Shown: piece by piece, positions 1-8,046 of the stretch
Position numbering within the stretch: the stretch's first letter is position 1
Layout of the letters: every line of letters begins with the position of its first letter
Origin: Actinomycetota bacterium
Lineage (GTDB): Bacteria > Acidobacteriota > Blastocatellia > Pyrinomonadales > Pyrinomonadaceae
Direction of reading: 5' to 3'
Length of the DNA: 25,067 nucleotides
Assembly: GCA_040005005.1 (NCBI GenBank)
Contig: JBDTZT010000001.1
Location: 1 to 25,067 of the forward strand
The notes under the pieces: model-generated
Database searches by the model: none
The model's input: the letters and a program-made list of their open reading frames with translations, nothing else
Told to the model about the DNA's origin: nothing
Translations under genes and position numbers: made by a program

Positions 1-28
1 AGCAAATTGATAAAGAAAAACAATCTGA

Positions 29-1789
29 ACCCGTTCATTCAACAGCCGGCAAAGCGTCGTCCCCAAATACGAGTATCTGTTCGCTTCCGGTTTCGTTCAG
101 GATGATATCAAACTGACATCGAAACTAACTCTCAATGTCGGTATTCGTTATGATTTCAACGCTCCGCGCACCGAAGCGCAGGATTTCTTCCGGGGATTTA
201 GCCCAACGACACCGAATTCGGCAATCGGCGGCCGGCTCGGCGCGATTATCGGCGCGGGCGGTCAGGGCGGTCTGCAAGCCAAGTATCGCGGACTGGTCAA
301 ATCCGACCGCAAGGATTTCGGCCCGCGCTTAGGTTTCGCATATGCGGTCAATCAAAAAACCGTGGTGCGCGGCGGATTCGGGATTTATTACTCGCCGGTC
401 TTTTACGGCAACGGCGGCGACGGTCTGCTCGGCTACAATTCGGCTAGCACACCGATCAACTTCGGATTTGATGCGGGAATTACGCTCGACACCTACGTTC
501 CGCTTCCGACAGTCAATCCAAACAGTCAATTCATCGGCGATCTGGGAATTACGCAGGATTATTACGACCAGAATTTCAAACTCGGCCGCGTCATACAGTA
601 TGATCTTAATTTCCAGCGCCAATTGCCTTATAACTTTGCCGTTTCTTTAAGTTATATCGGCAATCGCGGAACGCGGCTTCGGTCGAGCTTTAATCCGCTC
701 AATGCGCTGCCGCTCAATGCTTTGAAACTTGGCGAACAATTATTAAGGAAAAGACTGGCTGATGTCACGCCGGCCGACCGCACATATGCGGCGAGCGTCG
801 GGTTTCCGCTGCCCGCAAGTCCAGATGCAGTTTATCCCGGATTTAACAATCAGGTTGGAAATGTCGGAATTCTCGGAGGCGGTTCAGTGGCTCAGGCACT
901 TCGTCCGTTTCCGCAATACGGACCGCTCAACAATCGGCTTGAAAGTCAGGGACAAAGTTTTTATAACGCTTTCAAAGTTGATGTCCAGCGACGATTTACC
1001 AACGGAATACAGTTTGGCGCGTCATATACCTTTTCGAAATTAATTACCGACGCGGCGAGTGATTTGTACGGTGGTTCGGCACTGACCGGCGTGCTCCAAG
1101 ATCCCGGTGACCGCCGATCGCTGCGCTCGATTTCGCCGGATGACGTACCGCACAACTTTGTCGTCAACTACTTGATCGAATTTCCCTTTGGCAAAGGCAA
1201 GCCTTATCTGAACAAAAATCCCTGGGTTAACCGCCTCGCCGGCGGCTGGCAGGTGAGCGGCATTCAGCGCTATCGTTCCGGCACGCCGATTACGGTGTTT
1301 ATCGCCGGCGGACGGCGTGATTTCCTTGATTTGCTCGGCTCCGGTGGCAATTTGCGTCCGAATATAACCGGACAACCGTTTTACTTGAACGGAACGGTGC
1401 AGGGCGATAGCACCTCTTTCCGTTATCTAAATCCGGCCGCTTTTGTTGCCCCGGCTCCCTATAACGGCACCAATGCAGCAATCGGAAGTCCTGAATATGC
1501 GGCCTATTACGCTAATCCTTCCCGCTTTTTGGGAACGGCGGCACCGACTTATAATAATCTGAGAACGAAACCGTTTTTCACTGAGGATTTTAGTATTATC
1601 AAGAAGACGCGGATCACGGAAACGACTTATTTTGAGATCAGAGCTGAATTTTTCAACTTGTTGAACCGCAGTCGTCCTTCGGGTCCGGAATCCAATTTTG
1701 ATAACATCAGTATTTTCGGAAATTCGGGCTATTTCTCCGATATCGGTCAACCGCGTCGAATCCAACTCGGAGCGCGATTTGTATTCTAG
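29..1789 (+). CDS. TonB-dependent receptor (Oar/carboxypeptidase-regulatory type), C-terminal part only; 5' end disrupted or missing
   Basis: The frame is open from 29, upstream of the track start at 362. It reads ...YEYLFASGFVQDDIKLTSKLTLNVGIRYDF...DRKDFGPRLGFAY..., then YTFSKLI and RAEFFNLLN, and ends PRRIQLGARFVF (terminal Phe). In-frame stops lie at 8-13 and 26-28. Confidence 0.9.
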   Translation, partial: TRSFNSRQSVVPKYEYLFASGFVQDDIKLTSKLTLNVGIRYDFNAPRTEAQDFFRGFSPTTPNSAIGGRLGAIIGAGGQGGLQAKYRGLVKSDRKDFGPRLGFAYAVNQKTVVRGGFGIYYSPVFYGNGGDGLLGYNSASTPINFGFDAGITLDTYVPLPTVNPNSQFIGDLGITQDYYDQNFKLGRVIQYDLNFQRQLPYNFAVSLSYIGNRGTRLRSSFNPLNALPLNALKLGEQLLRKRLADVTPADRTYAASVGFPLPASPDAVYPGFNNQVGNVGILGGGSVAQALRPFPQYGPLNNRLESQGQSFYNAFKVDVQRRFTNGIQFGASYTFSKLITDAASDLYGGSALTGVLQDPGDRRSLRSISPDDVPHNFVVNYLIEFPFGKGKPYLNKNPWVNRLAGGWQVSGIQRYRSGTPITVFIAGGRRDFLDLLGSGGNLRPNITGQPFYLNGTVQGDSTSFRYLNPAAFVAPAPYNGTNAAIGSPEYAAYYANPSRFLGTAAPTYNNLRTKPFFTEDFSIIKKTRITETTYFEIRAEFFNLLNRSRPSGPESNFDNISIFGNSGYFSDIGQPRRIQLGARFVF

Positions 1790-1802
1790 GAAAGGTAACG
1801 TT

Positions 1803-1849
1803 AAACGGGCGGTGATTAAATAATAATCTTATTTGATACCGCCCGTTTT
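1803..1849 (+). terminator. Long stem-loop after TBDR stop (terminator or mRNA-stabilising hairpin)
   Basis: AAACGGGCGGT (1803-1813) pairs perfectly with ACCGCCCGTTT (1838-1848). The inner arm ATTAAATAA/TTATTTGAT extends the stem, and only a short T run follows. Confidence 0.65.
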
Positions 1850-1874
1850 ACTGAGAATTTAGGTTTGGCAGGTT

Positions 1875-3518
1875 ATGTATTTGACGTTTTCGATGCGATT
1901 AATTGTGTCAGGATTCATTTTCGCCGTTTTGAGCGGGATGAATTTGCAGGCCCAGGCGTCTAAAAACAGTTCACAACTCTCACAATCACAGAAAAGCAGT
2001 AGTATTTTGATCAAGCAAGGCATCGAAGCCTTTCAGAACGGTGATTTGATAAATGCTCGCTCGTTGCTTGAAAGCGCCCTAAAAGCGAACCCGAACGACC
2101 CGGAAGCACATCAATATCTCGGAATTCTGGACGACGGCGCAGGTGATTTCAAAAACGCGGAAATTCATTTTGCGAAAGCGGCGAGGTTATCACCGAAATC
2201 GGCCTCGGTACGGAATAATTACGGTGCTATTTTACTAAAAAACAACCGTCAGCGTGAGGCGGCGGCGGAATTTGAGGCATCTTTGAAAATTGACGCGAAG
2301 CAGCCGAATGCGATCGTCAATCTCGCGCAAATTCGGTATATCGAAAATACGCCGGAAAGCCTGCGCGCTTCGTTCGGTCTGTTTGAGCGGGCCGCCGCTT
2401 TGATTTCTGATGCGACGGTCGAACGCTCGTTAATCGTCATTGCGCTGCGGCTCAAAAACACCGCGCAGGCAGCTAAACATTATCAAATTTACGCCGGACA
2501 GACAGCGAATGCCAGTGCCGATTCGAACGCCGCGGCGAATCGCGCCGAACTTGGAGGCGCGCTTTTTGAAGCCGGGTTATTCGGCGAAGCGGAAACGGAA
2601 TTGAAGGCGGCCATCGCCGCTGATTCGACCAACAGCGATGCTACTATCCTTTTGGGACGGGTTTATCTGGCGCGTGGCGACATCAAATCTGCCGGTCTGC
2701 TGCTCGAAACGGCAGTCGTCCGAAAACAGGCGACGGCCGGAATTTATTCTTTACTGGCCGTCGTTTACGAGAAAAGCGGACATTACGAAAATGCAATTCC
2801 GGCGATGCGCCTCGCCATTGGTTTAAAGCCTGATTCGGAAAATTATCGTTTTCAATACGGACTGCTGCTGACCAACGCCGATGCCCCCGCTGCCGCAGTT
2901 ATTCGGCTCGATGAAGCATTAAAAACCTTTCCGAATTCGCCGCGTTTGTGGCTTGCCCGCGGCATTGCCGACCTGAAGGATAATAAGAATTTTGAAGCCG
3001 CCCAATCAATCACCAAAGCGATTGCGCTGGATTCGAAATTCGCCCAGGCTTATGCTTATCTCGGACTGGCGCGGGCCCAAGTCGGCGAGTATCAGGAAGC
3101 GGTAAAATTGTATGAAAAGGCGCTTGCAAACGATCCGGGTTTGGCGGTCGTTCACCAATTGATCGCTGATGCGCTGCTTCAGCAAACCGACGGCGATCCA
3201 GTGCGGATCGAAGCCGAATTAAAAAAGTCAATCGCGTTCGCCGCCGATTTTCTGCCGGCTCATTTGACGCTTGGCAAACTTTATGTGCGGATGCAGCGCT
3301 GGACGGAAGCCGTTGTCGAACTGAGCGAAGTCGTGCGCCAAAACCCCGAATCGGCGGAAGCCTATTATCTGCTCGGTCGCGTTTACGCCCGTCTCAAACT
3401 TAAAAAAGAAACCGACGCGGCACTCGCGAAATTTAAGGAACTAAGCGAATCACAAAAAACAAAATCCGACGTTGATTTGCGCGAAACAGTGCGCCGTTTG
3501 GCTGATGTTAAATTTTAG
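1875..3518 (+). CDS. Secreted tetratricopeptide-repeat protein
   Basis: Sec-type signal peptide (..LSGMNLQA-QA) with no lipobox Cys. Many TPR motifs, e.g. ALKANPNDPEAHQYLG, AIALDSKFAQAYAYLG, VVRQNPESAEAYYLLGRVY. Confidence 0.9.
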   Translation: MYLTFSMRLIVSGFIFAVLSGMNLQAQASKNSSQLSQSQKSSSILIKQGIEAFQNGDLINARSLLESALKANPNDPEAHQYLGILDDGAGDFKNAEIHFAKAARLSPKSASVRNNYGAILLKNNRQREAAAEFEASLKIDAKQPNAIVNLAQIRYIENTPESLRASFGLFERAAALISDATVERSLIVIALRLKNTAQAAKHYQIYAGQTANASADSNAAANRAELGGALFEAGLFGEAETELKAAIAADSTNSDATILLGRVYLARGDIKSAGLLLETAVVRKQATAGIYSLLAVVYEKSGHYENAIPAMRLAIGLKPDSENYRFQYGLLLTNADAPAAAVIRLDEALKTFPNSPRLWLARGIADLKDNKNFEAAQSITKAIALDSKFAQAYAYLGLARAQVGEYQEAVKLYEKALANDPGLAVVHQLIADALLQQTDGDPVRIEAELKKSIAFAADFLPAHLTLGKLYVRMQRWTEAVVELSEVVRQNPESAEAYYLLGRVYARLKLKKETDAALAKFKELSESQKTKSDVDLRETVRRLADVKF

Positions 3519-3620
3519 TCATCAAATTATTACCGGAACTCAAACGGGGCAAGAGTCTGAGAGAAAAATACGGACTTAACTTCTGGCGGATTTCGGAGTT
3601 TGAAAGGAAACGTAAGATAT

Positions 3621-4772
3621 ATGATATTCAAAAGGCAGCGAATTTGGCGATTAACGGCGATCATCATGCTTTTGTGCAGTCTCGCCGTGAGTGGTTGGGC
3701 GCAGCAGAAATGGACGGCGCAGAAGGCGAACGATTGGTATAAAAATCAACCGTTTCTGGTCGGCGCAAATTTTAATCCGGCGACCGCGATCAACGAGCTT
3801 GAAATGTGGCAGGCCGATTCATTCGATCCGCAGCGCATTGATCTCGAACTCGGCTGGGCGGAAAAAATCGGGATGAACACGATGCGCGTTTATCTGCACG
3901 ATCTTTTGTGGAAACAGGATTCGGTGGGTTTTACCAAGCGTTTGAACGAATTTCTGACCATTGCCGACAAACATAAAATCAAACCGGTTTTCGTGATTTT
4001 CGATTCGTGTTGGGACCCGTATCCCGCGCTCGGCCGGCAGCGCGAACCGCGTCCGGGCATTCATAATTCCGGTTGGGTGCAGTCTCCGGGCGCCGTCGGC
4101 TTGACCGATCCGGCACAGTATCCGCGCCTTGAAGCGTATGTCAAAGGATTGGTCGGAGCGTTCAAAAACGACCGGCGCATTTTGGCGTGGGACGTTTGGA
4201 ACGAACCCGACAATACGAACGGCAGTTCATACGGCGCGAGCGAACCGATCAACAAAGTCGAACTCGTCAATAAACTGCTGCCGCAGGCATTTCAATGGGC
4301 GCGTTCGGCCAATCCGTCGCAGCCGCTCACCTCGGCCGTCTGGAAAGGCGATTATTCAGCGGATGACAAGCTCGACGCGACGCAGAAAATTCAACTCGAA
4401 AATTCCGACATCATGACCTTTCACAACTACGATTCGGGCGAAGAGTTCGAGAAGCGAATCAAATGGCTCGAGCGTTACCAGCGCCCGATCCTCTGCACCG
4501 AATATATGGCGCGAGGCAATAATTCGACTTTTCAAAATTCGCTTCCCGTCGCCAAAAAATACAAAGTTGCGGCAATTAACTGGGGACTTGTCGGGGGCAA
4601 ATCGCAGACTTTTCTGCCGTGGGATTCGTGGGAAAAACCCTACGTCGGACGCGAGCCGAAAATCTGGTTTCATGAAGTTTTCCGGATTGACGGCACGCCC
4701 TATCTGCAGGAAGAAGTCAATCTGATTATGGAATTGACCGGCAAAAGCAAAGCGATGAGTGCGGCGAAATAA
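3621..4772 (+). CDS. Glycoside hydrolase family 5 (resembles subfamily GH5_13, arabinofuranosidase/galactofuranosidase type)
   Basis: Signal peptide; clan GH-A motifs WDVWNEPDN (acid/base) and CTEYMAR (nucleophile); N-terminal WT.QKANDWY...GANF.P.TAINELEMWQ. ATG 3621 follows AAAGGAAA and is preferred to TTG 3600. The subfamily call is from recall only. Confidence 0.8.
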   Translation: MIFKRQRIWRLTAIIMLLCSLAVSGWAQQKWTAQKANDWYKNQPFLVGANFNPATAINELEMWQADSFDPQRIDLELGWAEKIGMNTMRVYLHDLLWKQDSVGFTKRLNEFLTIADKHKIKPVFVIFDSCWDPYPALGRQREPRPGIHNSGWVQSPGAVGLTDPAQYPRLEAYVKGLVGAFKNDRRILAWDVWNEPDNTNGSSYGASEPINKVELVNKLLPQAFQWARSANPSQPLTSAVWKGDYSADDKLDATQKIQLENSDIMTFHNYDSGEEFEKRIKWLERYQRPILCTEYMARGNNSTFQNSLPVAKKYKVAAINWGLVGGKSQTFLPWDSWEKPYVGREPKIWFHEVFRIDGTPYLQEEVNLIMELTGKSKAMSAAK

Positions 4773-4806
4773 GTTTTAGCGGTAAATGACCAACGGTAAA
4801 TGGTGA

Positions 4807-5871
4807 ATGAAAACTTTCCTGAAAATTATTACAGGGAAAATTGCGGCGGCATTAATCCTGAGTTTATCGGTTTCAATTTTAGCGGCGGCGCAGTCGAAAC
4901 AGTCAAAAAAAGCGGGCGGAACATTTACGAATCCGCTCGTCACAACGCAGGATTCAGCTGATCCGTGGATGTTCTATCAGGATGGTTTTTATTATTTGAC
5001 GGCGACGCTCGATCCCGATGGCGGAGTTTGGCTGTGGCGTGCAAAAACGCTCGCGAATTTTGCCGCAAGCGAGAAAAAGAAGATTTACGAAGCACCGAAA
5101 ACAGGTTTGCGAAGCCGCCAAATCTGGGCCCCGGAAATTCACCATTTCGGCCAACGCTGGTATTTGTATTTTACCGCGTCGGACGGCACGGACGAAAATC
5201 ACCGCATTTATGCAGCGGAAAGCCGCCGCGACGATCCGTGGAGCGAATACGATTTCAAAGCCCGCGTATTTGATGAGAAAAATGACGATTGGGCAATTGA
5301 TGCAACGGTTTTCCGTGATCAAACGGGCGCGTTTTTTATGCTTTGGTGCGGACACGTCCCAAAAAACGGAAACGGAATTTACATCGCTCCGATGAGCAAT
5401 CCGTGGATGATTTCAGGCGAGCGTGTTTTACTTTCGCAAGCCGATTTTGATTGGGAACGCGTTCGTTATCCGATTAACGAAGCACCGGAAATCTTGCAGC
5501 ACGGCGGCAAAACTTTTCTCGTTTATTCGGCGTCCGATACGGGAACGCCCGATTACGCGCTCGGAATGCTGACGCTTTCCGGCAGAGATGTTTTGAATCC
5601 TCAATCGTGGAAAAAATCGCCGCAAGCCGTTTTTTCAAAGGTTTCAGGTGCGGACGGCAATGTTTTCGGTCCCGGACACAACGGATTTTTCAAATCGCCC
5701 GACGGACGCGAAGATTGGCTCGTTTATCACGGCAAGCAGTCAGGCGAATACACTTATCGCGGACGGGTCGCGCGGGCGCAGAAATTTAGCTGGAACACGG
5801 ACGGCACACCGAATTTCGGACGCCCGCAGCCGGCGGGGAAAATTTTGCCGGAACCTTCAGGCGAAAAGTAA
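4807..5871 (+). CDS. Glycoside hydrolase family 43, single domain, alpha-L-arabinofuranosidase-like (GH43_26-like)
   Basis: Signal peptide; GH43 motifs ADPW, IWAPEIH, WAIDAT, INEAPE, GPGHNGFF. Confidence 0.85.
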   Translation: MKTFLKIITGKIAAALILSLSVSILAAAQSKQSKKAGGTFTNPLVTTQDSADPWMFYQDGFYYLTATLDPDGGVWLWRAKTLANFAASEKKKIYEAPKTGLRSRQIWAPEIHHFGQRWYLYFTASDGTDENHRIYAAESRRDDPWSEYDFKARVFDEKNDDWAIDATVFRDQTGAFFMLWCGHVPKNGNGIYIAPMSNPWMISGERVLLSQADFDWERVRYPINEAPEILQHGGKTFLVYSASDTGTPDYALGMLTLSGRDVLNPQSWKKSPQAVFSKVSGADGNVFGPGHNGFFKSPDGREDWLVYHGKQSGEYTYRGRVARAQKFSWNTDGTPNFGRPQPAGKILPEPSGEK

Positions 5872-5919
5872 TTTGAGCAGAGTTTATTTTCAAAAATTAT
5901 TGACGAAAAAGAGGTAATT

Positions 5920-6594
5920 ATGAAAGCAGCGAAAATAATAAACAGTTTGATTTTAATTCTCGGCGGAACATTTTTCTGCGCGGCGCAGGAACAGATGACA
6001 AAACCCACACCGACTCCGCCGGCGTTGACCGAAGTTAAGGAAGAGTTTGAGGGCGCGGCGCTCGACGCAAAAAAATGGGAGCAGTATTCACTCGAAGGCG
6101 GCGGCAAAATCAAGGTCGAAAACGGCAAATTACAGACGAGCGGCGCGAACGGCTCACGCGCCGGCGTGCGGAGTGTCCAGTCGTTCACGGCGGAAAAGTT
6201 CATCGTCAGCGCGAAAATCGCCAAAGTTTCCGCCGGTTTGAGCGATGCTTCGGGAACGCCGACCGGTAATGCGATTTTGGCGATAATGTTCGATAACACC
6301 GGAATCAACCGCCTCGAGTGGTTGTTGACGACCGAAGGAACCTTTGAAGCGTGGCTGATCCGCGACGGCAAAAGCGAGCGGCTCGATGGCAAGAATCTCG
6401 GCACCAAAGAAAAATCGCCGACACTCGGCATCGGGCGGCGCGGCGACGATTATTTTTTTATGCTTAACGGCGAAGTTGGTTTGCAGAAAAAAATCAAAAA
6501 TCTGCCCGCCACTTTTCGCGTGATGCTTTACGGTTTCGGCACGTCCAAAGACGAATGGGAATCGGTCAGCATCATCACGCCGGAGCAAAAATAA
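5920..6594 (+). CDS. Secreted hypothetical protein, probable ConA-like beta-sandwich
   Basis: Signal peptide and Pro/Thr linker (KPTPTPP), then EEFEGAALDAKKW and beta-strand patterning (LGIGRRGDDYFFMLNG). GAGGT RBS upstream. Confidence 0.75.
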   Translation: MKAAKIINSLILILGGTFFCAAQEQMTKPTPTPPALTEVKEEFEGAALDAKKWEQYSLEGGGKIKVENGKLQTSGANGSRAGVRSVQSFTAEKFIVSAKIAKVSAGLSDASGTPTGNAILAIMFDNTGINRLEWLLTTEGTFEAWLIRDGKSERLDGKNLGTKEKSPTLGIGRRGDDYFFMLNGEVGLQKKIKNLPATFRVMLYGFGTSKDEWESVSIITPEQK

Positions 6595-6653
6595 ACTCGC
6601 CTTCTCCGGCAATGTGAAGGTTGATGTCAGAAATAAATGGAAATTGGGTTCAA

Positions 6654-6675
6654 AGTTAAATATTCAATTTTAACT
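6654..6675. promoter_or_regulatory. Candidate operator upstream of lacI-family gene
   Basis: Inverted repeat AGTTAAA-N8-TTTAACT about 30 bp upstream of the start. The DNA is AT-rich, so chance is possible. Confidence 0.25.
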
Positions 6676-6704
6676 GAAACTATGTTTTGCGCGGATAATC
6701 CGAT

Positions 6705-7721
6705 ATGAACATTAAAAAAGTTGCCGAACACGCAAAGGTTTCGACCGCGACGGTTTCGAGATTGATTAACAAAACGTCGTATATCAGTCCGGAAACGGCG
6801 AAGAAAGTGTGGGCGGCAATCGAAGAACTCGGCTATTATCCGAACATCACTGCACGCGGTCTGGCATCCGGGCGCAGTCTTCTGCTCGGTTTAATCGTTT
6901 CGGATATTGTCAACCCGTTTTTCCCCGAACTGGTCAAAAGTTTTGAAGAATGTGCCGTCGAAAAAGGTTATGAAATTATCACAGCGAACACCAATTATGA
7001 CCCGGCGCGCACGGCAATGCGCGTCCGGCGGCTAATTGAGCGCCGCGTTGACGGCGTGGCGGTAATGACTTCGGAAATGGATCAGTCGCTGATTGACGAG
7101 CTTTCAACGCGCGGCATCCCGATCGTGTTTCTCGATACCGGCGAAATTCAGGAAAATATCAGTAATATTCGGATCGACTACGAGCAAGGCATCAGCGAAG
7201 CCGTCAATCATCTGCTCGAACTGGGTCATTGCCGCATCGGATTTATCAGTGGTCCGCTCGATTTGAAGTCGGCAAAAATCAGGCGTTCAGCGTTTCTCAA
7301 GTTTTTGCGTCAGAAGGGGATCATTGAAAAAAAAGAATTGGTGACGACCGGCAATCATAAAATCAGCGGCGGAAAAGCGGCGATGAACCGGCTGCTCGAA
7401 TTGAAAGAGCGACCGACCGCCGTCCTCGCTTCCAACGATTTGACGGCCATCGGGGCGCTTCAGGCGTTGAGAACCCACGGTTTGCGCGTGCCGCAAGATA
7501 TTTCGCTGATCGGTTTCGATGATATTGTGCTGGCTGAATCAACCGATCCGCCGCTGACGACCGTTAATATTTCACGCGTCAAAGTTGGCGAATCAGCCTT
7601 TAAATCTCTTTATGAATTGATAAACGGCGAAACCGAATTCGGGACGGAAGTGCTCGTTGAAACGACGCTTGTGATTCGTGAATCAACGGCGCGACCCTTC
7701 CTTTCAGACAAGCAGCAATAA
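6705..7721 (+). CDS. LacI-family transcriptional regulator
   Basis: N-terminal HTH MNIKKVAEHAKVSTATVSRLIN, hinge YYPNITARGL, sugar-binding domain ending in VPQDISLIGFDD..PPLTTV..LVIRESTA. Confidence 0.95.
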   Translation: MNIKKVAEHAKVSTATVSRLINKTSYISPETAKKVWAAIEELGYYPNITARGLASGRSLLLGLIVSDIVNPFFPELVKSFEECAVEKGYEIITANTNYDPARTAMRVRRLIERRVDGVAVMTSEMDQSLIDELSTRGIPIVFLDTGEIQENISNIRIDYEQGISEAVNHLLELGHCRIGFISGPLDLKSAKIRRSAFLKFLRQKGIIEKKELVTTGNHKISGGKAAMNRLLELKERPTAVLASNDLTAIGALQALRTHGLRVPQDISLIGFDDIVLAESTDPPLTTVNISRVKVGESAFKSLYELINGETEFGTEVLVETTLVIRESTARPFLSDKQQ

Positions 7722-7756
7722 GATAGCTTTTCGGAATGATAAACAGCAAAGAAAAA

Positions 7757-7975
7757 ATGATCTCGACCGACCGTCTGGCGCATAAATTCAAGAAATTATG
7801 GCGGGGCGAACATCCCCGATCTTTTCGCGCTCCGGGCCAAGTCAATTTAACCGGCGCACTGATTATAACGACGGATTCATTGCTGCCGATGGCGCTCAAT
7901 TATCAGACCACGGTCGCCGAAAACAGGTATCAGGAACGCGCTCATCAGCGCGATGGCGGGCGCGAAAAATCAAAA
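7757..7975 (+). pseudogene. galK: Galactokinase remnant (frameshifted, mostly deleted)
   Basis: The GalK N-terminal signature (F)[24 protein letters not shown] is split across two frames. One reads FRAPGQVNLTG..LLPMAL and the shifted frame reads TDYNDGF. Similarity ends near 7920; a possible C-terminal trace (DGGRE) follows. Confidence 0.75.
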
Positions 7976-8046
7976 CGGCAAAACAAACTAACATCGAAAT
8001 AAACCGACAAAATAATGAAATTTGACGGGACAGCGGGATAAAAATT

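Noticed and set aside
1794-1805. TAACGTTA palindrome as a LacI operator
   Set aside because: It is only 8 bp and lies between a stop codon and a hairpin. I saw no second copy in the promoter regions.
5754-6431. 225-aa minus-strand ORF
   Set aside because: It is antisense to a gene with a signal peptide and RBS in a + strand operon, and has no motifs.
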